Below, piece after piece: positions 28,112-39,449 of a stretch of DNA of 64,000 nucleotides (positions within the stretch are counted from its first letter, which is position 1; each line of letters begins with the position of its first letter). A program made the translations under genes and the position numbers. The notes below the pieces were generated by a model. It worked only from the letters and a program-made list of their open reading frames with translations. It had not been told where the DNA came from and searched no databases. The DNA comes from an uncultured Actinomycetota bacterium (GTDB lineage Bacteria > Actinomycetota > Acidimicrobiia > Spongiisociales > UBA5794). The stretch lies in NCBI GenBank assembly GCA_963785245.1, contig CAWAUO010000001.1:256549-320548 (forward strand), in the 5' to 3' direction.

Positions 28112-28927
28112 TCACAGCAAGGCGCTGCGGCCGGCAATGCGGCGAAGGGCCGTTCCCATGAGCGCCGCGGCAGCCGTTGCCGCAATCGCCACAATGCCGG
28201 GTCCGCCGGTGAGGAGCAACCCGGCAAGGATCGCCACCCCCGCGATGACTCGTGCAGCGGTGACCCGATTCCTCTCGATCGTGTCGGTGCGTCGATCGGT
28301 GCTTGAGGTTGGTGTCATGGCCGGGAGCACCAGCAGCGTGGCGGACACCGCGAGGCCGACCGTGATCCACTCCGCCGGTGTCGGCGCGGTCCAACCGCGT
28401 GCAAAGCTAGAGAGCAGCGCCACCACGGTGTAGGCGACGGCCGACATGGCGGCCGTCGCGATCCCGTTCCGGGAGCGTGCTTCGCCCACCAAGACGCCGG
28501 CGATCATCGCAGCGGCGCCGACCGCACCGATCAAGCTTGTCCCCAAGGCGGCCGACAGGCCAATGACTGCGACGGAGTCCAGCAGGCGCAGGGGTGTGCC
28601 GACGGTCGCTGCGGCAACCCTGGTTCCGAGCAGGACACCGAACGTGACCAGCAACGCCGGCGGACCGACTACCAGACCAAGGACGAGCGAGACCGGCATG
28701 GCAAGGGCAGCCGACTTCGGATGGTCGGGATCGAGTTCCCTGGCCATCGCCCATGCGAAGAAGACTGCGGCCGCTGCCGCCGGTGGTCCGGCCTTGAGAT
28801 CAGCACCGAAGAGGGTGGCAACGCCAACCCCGAGACCAGCGAGTCCGGCGCCAACCAGCATGAGACGATTGGAGGGATAGCGCGGGTCGACCGCTCGGGA
28901 CAGCGATGTCAGTTGTTCGACGTTCAC
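28112..28927 (-). CDS. hypothetical polytopic membrane protein
   Basis: Ala/Gly/Leu-rich multi-TM ORF, 271 aa. Confidence 0.45.
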   Translation of the reverse strand: MNVEQLTSLSRAVDPRYPSNRLMLVGAGLAGLGVGVATLFGADLKAGPPAAAAAVFFAWAMARELDPDHPKSAALAMPVSLVLGLVVGPPALLVTFGVLLGTRVAAATVGTPLRLLDSVAVIGLSAALGTSLIGAVGAAAMIAGVLVGEARSRNGIATAAMSAVAYTVVALLSSFARGWTAPTPAEWITVGLAVSATLLVLPAMTPTSSTDRRTDTIERNRVTAARVIAGVAILAGLLLTGGPGIVAIAATAAAALMGTALRRIAGRSALL

Positions 28928-29018
28928 ACGAAGAATCTCCTCGGGAGCATGTGGAACCTCACCTTGTTCGCACCCGGGCCGAACGTCGGATGATCAAGCG
29001 GTGCAATCGTCGGCTCAT

Positions 29019-29741
29019 CTAGTACACCAGATCGCCGCGCAGAAACGCGATTGTCTCGGGACGCTGAGGGTCCGTGAAGAACGACTCGGTATCTGCAGTC
29101 TCCACCATCCGGCCCGAGATCATCAGACCCGTCCGATCCGCGATCCGACGGGCCTGGAACGGATCGTGGGTGACGGCGACGACGGTGGTCCCTCGCTTCC
29201 TGTTGTCAGAGCGGACGATGTCCTCGATCAGCCCAACGTTGTAGGGGTCGAGATTCCCGGTGGGCTCGTCGAGCAGGAGGACCGAGGGCTCCACGACCAG
29301 GGCCCGTGCGAGCGCCACCCGCTGCGCTTCGCCGGCCGACAGCGTCCGTGCGGGCGCATCGGCAAGATCGGCAAGTCCCAAGCGATCCAACCACTGCGCT
29401 ACGGCGTCGTCGTCCGGCCCTGATCCGCGGATCCGTTGCCCGATCCTCACGTTGGCGGCGACGCTGCGGCGAAGGAGCATCGGACGCTGGAACACGGTCG
29501 TGACCTCACGTTTGAGCGCGAGTGGGAGATCGGGTGTTGCTGGATCCCCCCGATAGGTGACCTTGCCTTCGCTCGGCATCTCGAGGAAGTTGAGCAGACG
29601 CAGCAGCGTGCTCTTGCCAGCGCCGCTGGGACCGACGATTCCGAGGATCTCCCCCGCGCGTACGTCGAGGGACTCAATGTCGACCACGCACCGCTCGCTG
29701 TAGCGCTGTCGGACGTTCGAGAGGGTGTAGGTATTGGTCAC
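29019..29741 (-). CDS. tupC: ABC transporter ATP-binding protein (tungstate/molybdate-type, TupC-like)
   Basis: GPSGAGKSTLLR (Walker A), LSAGEAQRVALARAL (signature), LLLDEPTGNLD (Walker B). GTG at 29741 overlaps the permease stop (GTGA). The N-terminal 218 aa of ORF 29019..30395 are an Arg/Pro-rich shadow. Confidence 0.8.
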   Translation of the reverse strand: MTNTYTLSNVRQRYSERCVVDIESLDVRAGEILGIVGPSGAGKSTLLRLLNFLEMPSEGKVTYRGDPATPDLPLALKREVTTVFQRPMLLRRSVAANVRIGQRIRGSGPDDDAVAQWLDRLGLADLADAPARTLSAGEAQRVALARALVVEPSVLLLDEPTGNLDPYNVGLIEDIVRSDNRKRGTTVVAVTHDPFQARRIADRTGLMISGRMVETADTESFFTDPQRPETIAFLRGDLVY

Positions 29742-30439
29742 GGTCCGCCCTGCCTCACCTGCAGGCGGTGAAAGATCAGGTTCGTGAGGAAGGCGAGCGC
29801 GAGGAGGATGATGCCGAGGGCGAGGGCCAGCGCGAAGTTGCCCTTGCGGGTCTCGAGGACGATCGCCGTGGTGAGGACCCGTGTCTCGCCCTCGATGTTG
29901 CCTCCGACGAGCATCACGGCGCCCACCTCGGAGATGATGCTGCCGTATGCCGCAACCACGGCGGCGGTGACGCCGATGCGTGATTCCACCAGCGTCGTGA
30001 GCGCGACCTGGCATCGGGTCGCTCCGAGGGCCCTTATCTGGATCGGGAGATCGGGGTCGACGCCCTGAACGGCGGCCATCGTCAGCCCGACGACGAGGGG
30101 GAAGGCGATGATCGTCTGCGCCACGATCATGCCGGCCGGTGTGAAGAGCCATCCGAGGCTGCCGAGGGGGCCCTGGTTGGAGAGGAAGAGGTAGGTGAAC
30201 AGGCCAACGGTGACCGGCGGGAGGCCCATACCGGTGTAGATCAACGGAACGACGAACGCACGGCCTGGGAGGTGCTTCGTCAGGCCGAGGGCGGCGCCGA
30301 TCGGGATGCCGAGGACGAGGGCGATCGCGAGAGCAACGAGCGTGACCTGGAGCGTCAGGCCGACGATCTCGAACAGATCCGAATCCATGTTCCACAGCAG
30401 TTGCAGGGCATCTCCGAAGGCGCGTCCGAGTGTCTCCAT
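29738..30439 (-). CDS. tupB: ABC transporter permease (TupB-like)
   Basis: 233 aa, 5-6 TM, EAA-like loop ALGATRCQVALTTLVE. Confidence 0.75.
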   Translation of the reverse strand: METLGRAFGDALQLLWNMDSDLFEIVGLTLQVTLVALAIALVLGIPIGAALGLTKHLPGRAFVVPLIYTGMGLPPVTVGLFTYLFLSNQGPLGSLGWLFTPAGMIVAQTIIAFPLVVGLTMAAVQGVDPDLPIQIRALGATRCQVALTTLVESRIGVTAAVVAAYGSIISEVGAVMLVGGNIEGETRVLTTAIVLETRKGNFALALALGIILLALAFLTNLIFHRLQVRQGGP

Positions 30440-30482
30440 CGGTCAGTTCAGATTCCGGCTGGCACGAGCGGAAGCGGTGGGA

Positions 30483-31334
30483 TCACTGCGTTCTCCATGC
30501 TTCGGAATCGGGGTAGAAGAGCGGTTGGCCGTAGGTGTCGACGCCATAGATCGAGATCTGTTCTTGTACCTCGACTGAAGTGATCCACTGCACGAAGCTG
30601 TTTGCGAGTTCGGCGTTGATATCGCCCTTGTCGGGATTGACGGGGATCACGCCGTACGGATTCAGCAACGCCGAGTCCAGGTTCTCATCGATGGAGGCGC
30701 CGCCAACCATGACAGCGAGCGCGGTGAGCGCCTCACTCTGAGAGAGGTAGGTTCCGCGATCCGTCAGTGTGTACGCGCCGGACTCGTCTGCGAAGTTGAG
30801 CGTCGCCCCCATGCCCTGTCCGAGCGACTTGTACCACGGCGCGTTCGGATCTGGCTCGACACCTGCGGCGTTCCAGAGGGAGAGTTCCTTCGAATGGGTT
30901 CCGCTGTCGTCGCCCCGAGATGCGAACGTGGATTCGGTCGCAGCGATGACCGCCATACCGACCGATGCGGTCGGGAGGGCGACGATGGCGGCCGGGTCAT
31001 CGTCAGGACCGACGATGATGAAGTCGTTGTACATGACGTCGTACCGTGCGGTGCCGTGGCCTTCCTCGACGAAGGCATCCTCTCGCGACCTCGAGTGAAC
31101 GAGGATGACATCAGCGTCGCCGGCCTCACCCAATGCGATTGCCTGGCCGGTGCCCACCGCCACGACCTGGACGCTCGCGTTGAACTGCTCTTCGAAGTCG
31201 GGGACGATGGCGTCGAGCAAGCCCGAGTCGTTCGTACTGGTCGTCGTCGCAAGGCTCAGGACCGCAGGCGGTGTGTTGGAACACGCTCCGCCAATCAGCG
31301 CGAAAGCGAGAGGCACGAAGATCCACAGGCGCAT
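30483..31334 (-). CDS. tupA: extracellular tungstate/molybdate-type substrate-binding lipoprotein (TupA-like)
   Basis: Lipobox LIGGACS; PBP-fold sequence with the TupA-like segment ATTTSTNDSGLLDAIVPDFE... Confidence 0.7.
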   Translation of the reverse strand: MRLWIFVPLAFALIGGACSNTPPAVLSLATTTSTNDSGLLDAIVPDFEEQFNASVQVVAVGTGQAIALGEAGDADVILVHSRSREDAFVEEGHGTARYDVMYNDFIIVGPDDDPAAIVALPTASVGMAVIAATESTFASRGDDSGTHSKELSLWNAAGVEPDPNAPWYKSLGQGMGATLNFADESGAYTLTDRGTYLSQSEALTALAVMVGGASIDENLDSALLNPYGVIPVNPDKGDINAELANSFVQWITSVEVQEQISIYGVDTYGQPLFYPDSEAWRTQ

Positions 31335-31400
31335 ATCGAGTCCCTTGAGCGTTGTGACGAGTGATCATAACGCCGCATCGACGGGGTCCCGATCCTCAGG

Positions 31401-31787
31401 TCAGGTGGACTCCGGAGCGTCGTAGACGTCCGCGAAGATCTCGGCGATGGCGGCGTCCGACCGGTCGCAGAATCTCCGCATGCGGTCGATGTGGAGGCGT
31501 CCCACGTCCGTCAGGCCGGCGCCGCCGCCATTCGAGCCACCGGTGGTGGTGTCAAGGAGCGACTCGCCAAGGCGCTCCTCCATCTCGCGGATCTTCTGCC
31601 AGGCGACCCGGTACGGCACGCCAATCGCCTCGGCTCCCGCCGTGATCGAGCCGTGCTCGCCGATGGCGCTGAGGAGTTCCATGCGCCACCGGGAAACTGC
31701 AACCTCACCGTCGATCTCGAACCAGACGTTGAACTGGGGCTCCATGGCGGCTCCGATGCGTTGCGCTATCGCCAGGCTACCCGTCAA
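31401..31787 (-). CDS. ModE-like N-terminal wHTH regulator (molybdate-responsive regulator family, HTH domain only)
   Basis: LLSAIGEHGSITAGAEAIGVPYRVAWQKIREMEERLGESLL matches the ModE N-domain; it lies upstream of tupABC on the same strand. Confidence 0.6.
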   Translation of the reverse strand: MTGSLAIAQRIGAAMEPQFNVWFEIDGEVAVSRWRMELLSAIGEHGSITAGAEAIGVPYRVAWQKIREMEERLGESLLDTTTGGSNGGGAGLTDVGRLHIDRMRRFCDRSDAAIAEIFADVYDAPEST

Positions 31788-31814
31788 GGCCCGCCGTCCC
31801 GTGCAGCCTGCGGA

Positions 31815-32546
31815 TCAACCTGTTGCGAACTGAACCTGCAGCGTGACGGCGACCTGCTGCTGGCCGGCCGCGATCGATGTTTCGAGACTGCCGGCCTCAT
31901 CTGCGGCGAATTCGCGGTAGACGGGACCCGGTTGAGCGTTCGCGAACGACTCGCTGATCGTCACGGCATCGCCCAACGTGGTTCCGGAGAGCTCCGCGAG
32001 TTGCTGAGCTTTCGCGTACGCATCGTCCCATGCTGCAGCCCGAGCAGCAGCGATGAGTTCAGTGTCATCCTCGATCGAGAACGAGACACCCGAAACCTGG
32101 ATCTCGTCGCCAACCTCGGAGACCGTCGCGTCGATGACCGAGCCGGCTGCGTCGATATCGCGGATCTTGGCAACCACCGTGTTGTCCACTCGGTAGCCGA
32201 TGAGCTTGCGCTGGTCGCTTGAGTAGTCGTACTCGGGGTTGATCGAGTAGTTCGCCGTCTGAATGTCGTCTGCGGTCACACCGGAAGACATGAGTGTCCC
32301 GATGAGTTCGTCCGCGAGGGCCGCCGCGTCGCCGACGGCTTGCTGAACCGTCGGACGCAGTACCGAGACACCGAAGCGCATCTGGAGCGTATCCGGCGTC
32401 CCATAGACCTCTCCGGTACCGGACACGGCGATGCCGTTCGCGGCAGCGCCCGCCCCCGAGTTCTCCACGGTCACGTCCGGCGCACACGAAACGACGAGAA
32501 TCGATGCCATCGCGATCGCAATCACTGCGAGCCTTCTCACGGTCAC
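31815..32546 (-). CDS. SIMPL (DUF541) domain lipoprotein
   Basis: Lipobox VVSCAP; TLQMRFGVSV...IGYRVDNTVVAKIRD... is typical of SIMPL/26-kDa periplasmic immunogenic protein. Confidence 0.7.
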   Translation of the reverse strand: MTVRRLAVIAIAMASILVVSCAPDVTVENSGAGAAANGIAVSGTGEVYGTPDTLQMRFGVSVLRPTVQQAVGDAAALADELIGTLMSSGVTADDIQTANYSINPEYDYSSDQRKLIGYRVDNTVVAKIRDIDAAGSVIDATVSEVGDEIQVSGVSFSIEDDTELIAAARAAAWDDAYAKAQQLAELSGTTLGDAVTISESFANAQPGPVYREFAADEAGSLETSIAAGQQQVAVTLQVQFATG

Positions 32547-32708
32547 CTCCAGATGAGTGTCCTCATACGACGATCGTAGAGCGCTGTCGGGTTCCCGCGG
32601 CGGCAGACATTCCTGAGCAGGATCCTCATCTGAGCTTCATGTCCCCCTCAGGTGGGACTCATCTTGGGCAGCTTGAATCGCGCAACGAAGCTACTCAGGG
32701 AGCGCCCG

Positions 32709-33548
32709 ATGTCCATCAAGTCCACGTCCGCCTCAGTCGTGTTCCTCGTCGTCGCAGCGATCATCACCGTGATCGGAGTCACCGGTGCGACCGTGGCCGC
32801 ATCGAGCGACGAGGCAGCCGCCACGACCCTCGCAGCGGTGCCGACCCAGTCGCCGAGTGTGGCGGCGACTGGAGTGGGCCTGAGCGATGCGGAAGCCGAC
32901 GGGATCCTCTTCATGCGGGAAGAAGAGAAGCTCGCCAGGGATGTGTACCACGGTCTCGGCGATCTATGGGACCTGAGGATCTTCGAGAACATCGCTGCGT
33001 CCGAACAGCGACACATGGACGCGATCCTTGGGCTCATCGAAACCTACGGTCTCGAGGACCCGCAGACCGCTGGAATGGTCGGAGTCTTCGCGAACGACGA
33101 CCTGCAGACGCTCTACGACGGTCTCATGACCATGGGCGCCGAGTCCGTGGAGGCGGCCCTTGAGGTCGGAGCCACCGTCGAGGAAGTCGACATCGCGGAC
33201 CTGGAGGACTACCTGGGGGAGACGGCGGCTGACGACATCACGAGGGTCTATCAGAACCTGCTGCGCGGCTCGTCCAACCATCTCCGAGCGTTTGTGTCGC
33301 AACTCGAAGCCGCAGGCATCGATCGCGAGGCGACCGTGCTCGACCCGGCGCTCTACGAGTCGATCGTGAGTTCCGACACCGAGCGGGGGAACGGCGGCAC
33401 GGCCCAGCACGGTGGCAACACTGAGTCAGGATCCGGTAGGCACGGCGATGGCACCGGTGGCCAACGTGGACCCGGTCGCGGTCGGGGTCAGGGCCAAGGT
33501 GGTGGGCGCGGTCAGGGCGGCGGAGGATCATGGGGTGGTACGGGATGA
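32709..33548 (+). CDS. DUF2202 ferritin-like protein with Gly-rich C-terminal tail
   Basis: N-terminal TM, then EEEKLARDVYHGLGDLWDLRIFENIAASEQRHMDAI (DUF2202 core); the tail is GRGQGQGGGRGQGGGGSWGGTG. Confidence 0.6.
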   Translation: MSIKSTSASVVFLVVAAIITVIGVTGATVAASSDEAAATTLAAVPTQSPSVAATGVGLSDAEADGILFMREEEKLARDVYHGLGDLWDLRIFENIAASEQRHMDAILGLIETYGLEDPQTAGMVGVFANDDLQTLYDGLMTMGAESVEAALEVGATVEEVDIADLEDYLGETAADDITRVYQNLLRGSSNHLRAFVSQLEAAGIDREATVLDPALYESIVSSDTERGNGGTAQHGGNTESGSGRHGDGTGGQRGPGRGRGQGQGGGRGQGGGGSWGGTG

Positions 33549-33564
33549 GCCCTCGCTCAGGTGT

Positions 33565-34392
33565 TCAGAGTGCCAAAGCGACGATCGCTCCGACGGCGAG
33601 CGCAACCCCAGCAGTCTGAACCGCGTTCGGTCGCTCACGCAGGATGACGATGGCGGCCACGGCCGTGACCACCGGGTAGAGCGAAGACAAGACGGCGTTC
33701 ACTCCGAGCGGACCGGTCTGGATCGCGAGTGCGATCGCGATGGTGGCGGACATGTCGAGTCCACCGATGGCACCGAGGAGCCCCAGATCGCGCCCCATGG
33801 GAGGGGCGAGGGCCTTCGCCGCGAACGCAAGGAGGAACGCCAACGGTATCGACGCCGCTCTGGCACCGGCGAGCGGCCACAGGCCCGACTCGCTCGATGC
33901 CTGACTCAGTGCAATGAAGAAGAGTCCGAAGAGCGCTCCGGCAGCGACCGCCTGACCGACGATGCGCGGACTGGCGTCGCTCGTACCCCGCTGCATTCCC
34001 ACGAGGAGTACAGCCGCGACACCGAGGGCAACGCCGAGCCATTGGCGGCTCGTGAGCGTTGAGCCCTGGGAAAGGTCGAAGAGCACCGGAACGATGGCCG
34101 ACGTTGCACCCGAAATGGGGGCCACGACCGACATCGTCCCGGCGGCGAGTGTGGCGTAGAGGATCATCAATCCAGCGAGACCGGCGATCCCGGCGAGGGC
34201 ACCCCAGAGAACGTCTGCGGCGGTGACGTGGTCCGCCGGAACGATGAACAGGCCGATGATCAACAACGATGCACCGATGAGCATCGACCACGCCGTGACC
34301 GTCCACACGGCAATGCGTTTCGCGACGAATCCGCCGGTGAAATCGGCAAGACCGTAGAACGCGGCGGAAGCGACGGCGAGGAGCTGGCTCAT
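33565..34392 (-). CDS. EamA/DMT-family transporter
   Basis: 10-TM duplicated EamA pattern ([16 protein letters not shown]...). Confidence 0.75.
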   Translation of the reverse strand: MSQLLAVASAAFYGLADFTGGFVAKRIAVWTVTAWSMLIGASLLIIGLFIVPADHVTAADVLWGALAGIAGLAGLMILYATLAAGTMSVVAPISGATSAIVPVLFDLSQGSTLTSRQWLGVALGVAAVLLVGMQRGTSDASPRIVGQAVAAGALFGLFFIALSQASSESGLWPLAGARAASIPLAFLLAFAAKALAPPMGRDLGLLGAIGGLDMSATIAIALAIQTGPLGVNAVLSSLYPVVTAVAAIVILRERPNAVQTAGVALAVGAIVALAL

Positions 34393-34499
34393 GGAATCAC
34401 GGATCGTACCGGTGGGCTCACCGCGGCGGTTCCCATTGGGAGCGGCCCGGTCGATCGATACCCGTCGCACCAGCGTCGGCCTTCGCCTACGGTTGTCGC

Positions 34500-36527
34500 A
34501 TGCCTAATCGCCTCTCCGAATCAACGTCGCCGTACCTGCTGCAGCACCAAGAGAATCCAGTTGACTGGTGGGAGTGGGGGAGTGACGCCTTCGATGAGGC
34601 GCGCCGACGGGACGTGCCGGTCCTGCTGTCTGTCGGCTACTCGGCCTGCCACTGGTGCCATGTCATGGCCCACGAGTCATTTGAAGACGACGAGACGGCG
34701 CTCGTCCTCAACGAGCGGTTCGTCAGCATCAAGGTCGACCGGGAGGAACGGCCCGACGTCGACCGCATCTACATGGACGCCGTAACCGCCACCACCGGGC
34801 ATGGCGGTTGGCCGATGACCGTGTTCCTGACCCCGGACGCCAAGCCGTTCTACGCCGGAACCTACTTCCCGAAGGAGCGACGCCAGGGCATGCCCTCGTT
34901 CCTCGAAGTGTGCGCGGCGATCGATGCCGCGTGGAATGAGCAACGCGACGACATGATCGGCCGGTCGGAGGAGATCACCCGGGTTCTCGCATCGCAGTCG
35001 ACCGCATCGTCGATGCTGCCGTCTGAAGGCGCCCTCGAGACCGCAGTCGATGCCATCGCCTCGACCTTCGACGCGAGGTTCGGCGGCTTCGGCCGCTCGC
35101 CGAAGTTCCCGCAGGCATCGACCCTCGAATATCTGCTCCGATTCGCTGTGCTACGTCCGGAGAGCGATCGAGCGGCGGCGGCGCTCTCAATGGTTGCGAC
35201 GACCCTCGATCACCTTTCACACGGGGGGATCTACGACCACCTTGACGGGGGGTTCGCGCGCTACTCAGTCGACGAACGGTGGCTCGTGCCGCACTTCGAG
35301 AAGATGCTCTACGACAACGCCCTCCTCGCCCGTCTGTATGTGCGGGCGTGGCAGGTCACCGGAGAACCGTGGATGCTGGAGACCGCGCGCCAAACGCTCG
35401 ACTACCTCGCTCGCGACATGCTGGACCCGTCCGGAGGTCTCCACGCCGCAGAGGATGCAGACGCCGCCGGTGTGGAGGGTTCGTTCGCCGTCTGGACCTG
35501 GGGTGAATTCGCAGATGTGGTCGGCGATGACCTTGAGCTTGCTCGGACGATCTACGGAGCCACTCCCGCCGGCAACTTCGAAGGGGCGAACATTCTTCAC
35601 CGGCCGCAGCGGCTCTCGGATCTCGCGGCTGAATCGGACAGAGCCAAGGAGGCATTGCTGGCGGCGCAAGGGCGCATCAATGAGCGACTCCGAGAGCGAC
35701 GGAACGGCCGTGTCCGACCGGAGCGAGACGACAAGGTCGTCACCGCATGGAACGGCCTCGCCCTCCGGGCGTTTGCCGAAGCCGGCGCCGTCCTCGGAAG
35801 CGAAGCGTATCTGGACGTCGCGCGGGGGATTGCCGGCTTCATCACCGAGATTGCGATGAGAGACGGGCGCCTGTTGCGATCCTGGCGGCACGGTAGGAAC
35901 GGGCCGATCGGCTTCTGCGACGACTACGCGGCGGCCGCCCTCGGTCTCTTCGCCCTCTATCAGGCAACGGGCGACGAACGCTGGTATCGGAGCGCCGAAG
36001 AGCTGACGAGGACCATGGTGTCGCTGTTCTCAGATGAAGACGGAGGGTTCTTCGCCTCCGCTTCGGATGGTGAAGCGCTCATCGCGCGACTGAAGAACAC
36101 GCACGACAACCCGACGCCGTCCGACAATGCCCTGGCCGCCGAGGCGATTGCCACGCTCGCGGCGTACACCGGCGACCCGGAGCTCGACGGGATGCTCGAG
36201 CGAACCATCCGGTCGATCGGCCCGAGCCTGCCCGCTCAACCGTGGGCACACGGCAGCCTGCTTGGCGTGTGGCTTGCCGCTCCCATGCGCGAGGTCGCCG
36301 TTATTGGGCCTGCTGCCGACCGACGGCCGCTCTTCGACGTCGTCTGGAACCGATTCCGGCCGGACACGGTCCTCGCCGTGGGCGACGGCACGAAGTCCGA
36401 TGTGCCGCTCCTGGCTGACCGGTCCCCCGGAGCGACGGGCGCTCGCTCCTTCGTCTGCCGCAACTTCGTGTGTGACCTCCCCACGGATACTCCGGAGGGA
36501 TTGCGGAGTCAGCTCGGCGACGGCTGA
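34500..36527 (+). CDS. thioredoxin-domain (DUF255) protein with N-acylglucosamine-epimerase-like alpha/alpha barrel (YyaL/SSP411 family)
   Basis: [50 protein letters not shown]. Confidence 0.8.
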   Translation: MPNRLSESTSPYLLQHQENPVDWWEWGSDAFDEARRRDVPVLLSVGYSACHWCHVMAHESFEDDETALVLNERFVSIKVDREERPDVDRIYMDAVTATTGHGGWPMTVFLTPDAKPFYAGTYFPKERRQGMPSFLEVCAAIDAAWNEQRDDMIGRSEEITRVLASQSTASSMLPSEGALETAVDAIASTFDARFGGFGRSPKFPQASTLEYLLRFAVLRPESDRAAAALSMVATTLDHLSHGGIYDHLDGGFARYSVDERWLVPHFEKMLYDNALLARLYVRAWQVTGEPWMLETARQTLDYLARDMLDPSGGLHAAEDADAAGVEGSFAVWTWGEFADVVGDDLELARTIYGATPAGNFEGANILHRPQRLSDLAAESDRAKEALLAAQGRINERLRERRNGRVRPERDDKVVTAWNGLALRAFAEAGAVLGSEAYLDVARGIAGFITEIAMRDGRLLRSWRHGRNGPIGFCDDYAAAALGLFALYQATGDERWYRSAEELTRTMVSLFSDEDGGFFASASDGEALIARLKNTHDNPTPSDNALAAEAIATLAAYTGDPELDGMLERTIRSIGPSLPAQPWAHGSLLGVWLAAPMREVAVIGPAADRRPLFDVVWNRFRPDTVLAVGDGTKSDVPLLADRSPGATGARSFVCRNFVCDLPTDTPEGLRSQLGDG

Positions 36528-37765
36528 TCGGTGAGCACAGCCTCGACGATGGCCACCCGTTGAGGGGCCGCGTCGAGAATCCTGATTGAGAGACCGTCGA
36601 ACGCGAATACCTCTCCAGCGTTCGGTATGCGGCCGGCAACGCCGATCACGAGGCCTCCCACCGTGAGCCAATCACCGTCCGGGAGCACCACGTCGGTTGC
36701 TGCCTCGAGATCTTCGACGTCAGCGGCTGCATCGACGCGCCACCGGCCATGCCCCATCGGCCGGATGAGCGGCCGCAGATCTTCCCCTTCGTCGGAGACC
36801 CGCCCGACTAATTCACCGACCACGTCCTCGATCGTGACGATCCCGGCAGTCCCTCCGTGTTCGTCGACGGCGAGCGCAAGGTGGATGCCAGTGGTCTGCA
36901 TCTCCGAGAGCAGCTCGACGACTCGTTTCGTCTCGGGGACGGCGAGTTCCCGCGTCGCAACCGACAACACGTTCGCCGCGGGGGAGCCGGTGATGGCTGC
37001 GGCCAGGTCCTGGAGCCGCACGACGCCGCGAATGTCGTCAAGGTCCTCACCGTAGATGGGGAGCCTGCGGTGACCGCTGTGGATCGCGACATCGAGCGCT
37101 TCGGCGATCGTGGCGTTGAGGCTGACGGCCACAATCTCCGTCCTGGGAGTGAGGATTTCGTCGACCGTCCGGTCTCCCATTTCGAACACCCGCTCCATCA
37201 ACTCCCGGTCCGTCTCCTCGATCGAGCCTTCGACCGCCGCGTGTGAGGCCAACCGTCTGAGTTCGTCCTCGGTGACGGTGGTCGAGGCGGCGATGCCCGA
37301 TCCCGGCGCCTGGAGGTCGGCGAACCACACGAGGACCGAGACCACCGGACGGAGCAACCATGCCAGGGCGGCGAGGAGCGGCGTCGTCGCCCTGGCCACC
37401 TGATAGGGATGGCGAACGGCGTACGTCTTCGGGATGGCTTCGGCGTAGACGAACAGGACCACCGTCAACGCGATCGATGCGATGGTTACGCCGAGGTTTC
37501 CGAAGTGGCGTCCGGAGAGCATCCCGGTGACCGTCGCGGCTCCGATCTGGACGAGGAGCACGACCAGCAGCACCGTATTGAGGACTCTCGGCAGGTCGTC
37601 GAGGAGTTGGAGAAGCCGGGCCGAGCGTCGATCTCCTTCGGTCGCGGCGACCTCGACGCGTACCCGCTGGACCCTCAGCAAAGCGGCTTCGGAAGCGCCG
37701 AGCACGAATGCCGCGATCAGGAGTCCTGCGAGAACCAGCAACAGTGCAAGATCGGTTCCATCCAT
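36509..37765 (-). CDS. hemolysin-family / CNNM-type (DUF21-CBS-CorC_HlyC) transporter-associated protein
   Basis: N-terminal DUF21 TM region, CBS pairs, CorC_HlyC C-terminus ([34 protein letters not shown]). Confidence 0.8.
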   Translation of the reverse strand: MDGTDLALLLVLAGLLIAAFVLGASEAALLRVQRVRVEVAATEGDRRSARLLQLLDDLPRVLNTVLLVVLLVQIGAATVTGMLSGRHFGNLGVTIASIALTVVLFVYAEAIPKTYAVRHPYQVARATTPLLAALAWLLRPVVSVLVWFADLQAPGSGIAASTTVTEDELRRLASHAAVEGSIEETDRELMERVFEMGDRTVDEILTPRTEIVAVSLNATIAEALDVAIHSGHRRLPIYGEDLDDIRGVVRLQDLAAAITGSPAANVLSVATRELAVPETKRVVELLSEMQTTGIHLALAVDEHGGTAGIVTIEDVVGELVGRVSDEGEDLRPLIRPMGHGRWRVDAAADVEDLEAATDVVLPDGDWLTVGGLVIGVAGRIPNAGEVFAFDGLSIRILDAAPQRVAIVEAVLTDQPSPS

Positions 37766-37885
37766 GCCCCAAGTCTCGCGCATTCTGTCGACCAGGTCGC
37801 CGCGATCAGTCTTGCCCGACTCGCGGCCCCTCCATTTCTCGCTGTCAGAGGAAGGTGGCGTCTGCCCTCCGGGCCGGTTGCAGAA

Positions 37886-37940
37886 GGGTCTCTCGTATTC
37901 GGAGAGGTCGAGAGACCCCCTCCGTCGCCTTGAGGGCGAC
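37886..37940 (+). promoter_or_regulatory. structured 5' leader upstream of the DASS transporter: 10-bp stem GGGTCTCTCG/CGAGAGACCC with competing CTCTCG/CGGAGAG pairing, followed by hairpin GTCGCC-ttga-GGCGAC
   Basis: Inverted repeats read directly at 37886-37895 / 37909-37918 and 37924-37929 / 37935-37940. About 100 nt upstream of the ATG at 38040. Confidence 0.3.
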
Positions 37941-38039
37941 ACCCCCCCTGAGGGGAGGAATCCGACTGGAGACCTTCAATCAACGCCTTGCGACCCCGCC
38001 CTCCTAGCATCCGAACTGAACCTCAGGAGTCCTCCCTTC

Positions 38040-39449
38040 ATGACCACTCTCGGTGCGCGCTCGCTCACGAAAGCGATCAGGCCAGTCGGCATTGTCGTCG
38101 CCGTTGTCGCACTGGTCTTGCCCTGGTTCGTCGACTTCCCCGGCCTCAGCGACGTCGGCTCCCGGATGTTCGGAATCTTCCTCATGGCCATCGTGCTGTG
38201 GGTGACCGAGGCGATCCCGCTGCACGCAACGGCGGCGCTGATCGTGCTGCTCGAGATCCTGTTGATCAGCGACAAGGCGTTCGGGAGCGAATCGATTCCG
38301 GATGCGCCGTCCTATTCCACCTTCTTCGCCGCGTTCGCGAGTCCGGTGATCATGCTATTCCTCGGCGGATTCTTCCTCGCAGAGACTGCTGCGAAATTCG
38401 ACTTCGACAAGTACCTCGCGAAGGTGATGCTGCGGCCCTTTGGCACCTCGCCCCGGTTGATCATGCTCGGGCTCATGGTGATCACCGCGGGACTCTCGAT
38501 GTTCATGTCGAACACGGCCACCACTGCAACGCTGATGGCCGTAGTGATCCCCGTGGTTGCCGGACTCCCGGCAGGGGATCGGCTGAAGACCGGCCTGGCG
38601 CTCTCGATTCCGATCGCGGCAAACATCGGGGGGATGGGTACGCCCGTTGGCACCCCGCCAAACGCCATCGCGGTGGGATCCCTCGCAGATGCCGGCTACA
38701 ACGTCAGCTTCCTGCAGTGGATGATCGTTTCGGTGCCGATCATGCTCGTTCTGCTCTTCGGTGCGTGGTGGCTCCTCGGCCGCTTCTACCGCGGGAGTTC
38801 CGACCGGATCGACATCGATATCGAGGCCACCTTCGATCGATCCAGGCCGGCGATGATCTTCTACGGGACCTTCGCCGTCACCGTCCTGCTCTGGCTCACC
38901 GAACCCATCCACGGCATCAGCTCCAGTATTGTGGGATTCCTGCCGGTCGTCGTCCTCCTCGCGACCCGGGTCTTCACAACGCGTGACATGCAACACATCC
39001 AATGGAACGTCCTCTGGTTGGTCGCCGGCGGCATCGCTCTCGGAATCGGCGTCGGGACATCCGGCCTGGATGACTGGCTCGTCAGCCGCATCAACTGGGA
39101 TGTGATTGATCCCGCCATGATCATCGTCGTGCTTGCCCTGATCGCTGTTGCCCTCAGCACCGTCATATCGAACAGCGCCGCGACCAATCTGCTCATGCCG
39201 ATCGGGCTGAGCCTTGCCATCTCGGGAGGTCTCGGACTGAGTCCGATCCTGGTCGCGTTCTTCATAGCGATCGCCGCTTCGTCGGCGATGGCGCTCCCGG
39301 TCAGCACGCCTCCGAACGCCATCGCGTACAGCACCGGCGCGGTGACCACGAAGAACATGGCGTCGATCGGCATCGCCGTCGGTGCCGCATCCCTTGTCCT
39401 GTTCTTCCTGGTCGCACCGACCATCTGGAGCATCCTGGGGGTGTCATGA
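38040..39449 (+). CDS. DASS-family (SLC13-like) sodium-coupled anion/di-tricarboxylate symporter
   Basis: FMSNTATTATLMAVVIP (SNTAT signature) and inverted-repeat topology. ORF 37482..39449 upstream of the ATG is a non-coding extension. Confidence 0.8.
   Translation: MTTLGARSLTKAIRPVGIVVAVVALVLPWFVDFPGLSDVGSRMFGIFLMAIVLWVTEAIPLHATAALIVLLEILLISDKAFGSESIPDAPSYSTFFAAFASPVIMLFLGGFFLAETAAKFDFDKYLAKVMLRPFGTSPRLIMLGLMVITAGLSMFMSNTATTATLMAVVIPVVAGLPAGDRLKTGLALSIPIAANIGGMGTPVGTPPNAIAVGSLADAGYNVSFLQWMIVSVPIMLVLLFGAWWLLGRFYRGSSDRIDIDIEATFDRSRPAMIFYGTFAVTVLLWLTEPIHGISSSIVGFLPVVVLLATRVFTTRDMQHIQWNVLWLVAGGIALGIGVGTSGLDDWLVSRINWDVIDPAMIIVVLALIAVALSTVISNSAATNLLMPIGLSLAISGGLGLSPILVAFFIAIAASSAMALPVSTPPNAIAYSTGAVTTKNMASIGIAVGAASLVLFFLVAPTIWSILGVS

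Noticed and set aside
29742-30395. N-terminal 218 aa of ORF 29019..30395 (Arg/Pro-rich)
   Set aside because: Antisense-type low-complexity sequence overlapping the tupB permease on the same strand in another frame. The ABC ATPase starts at the GTG at 29741.
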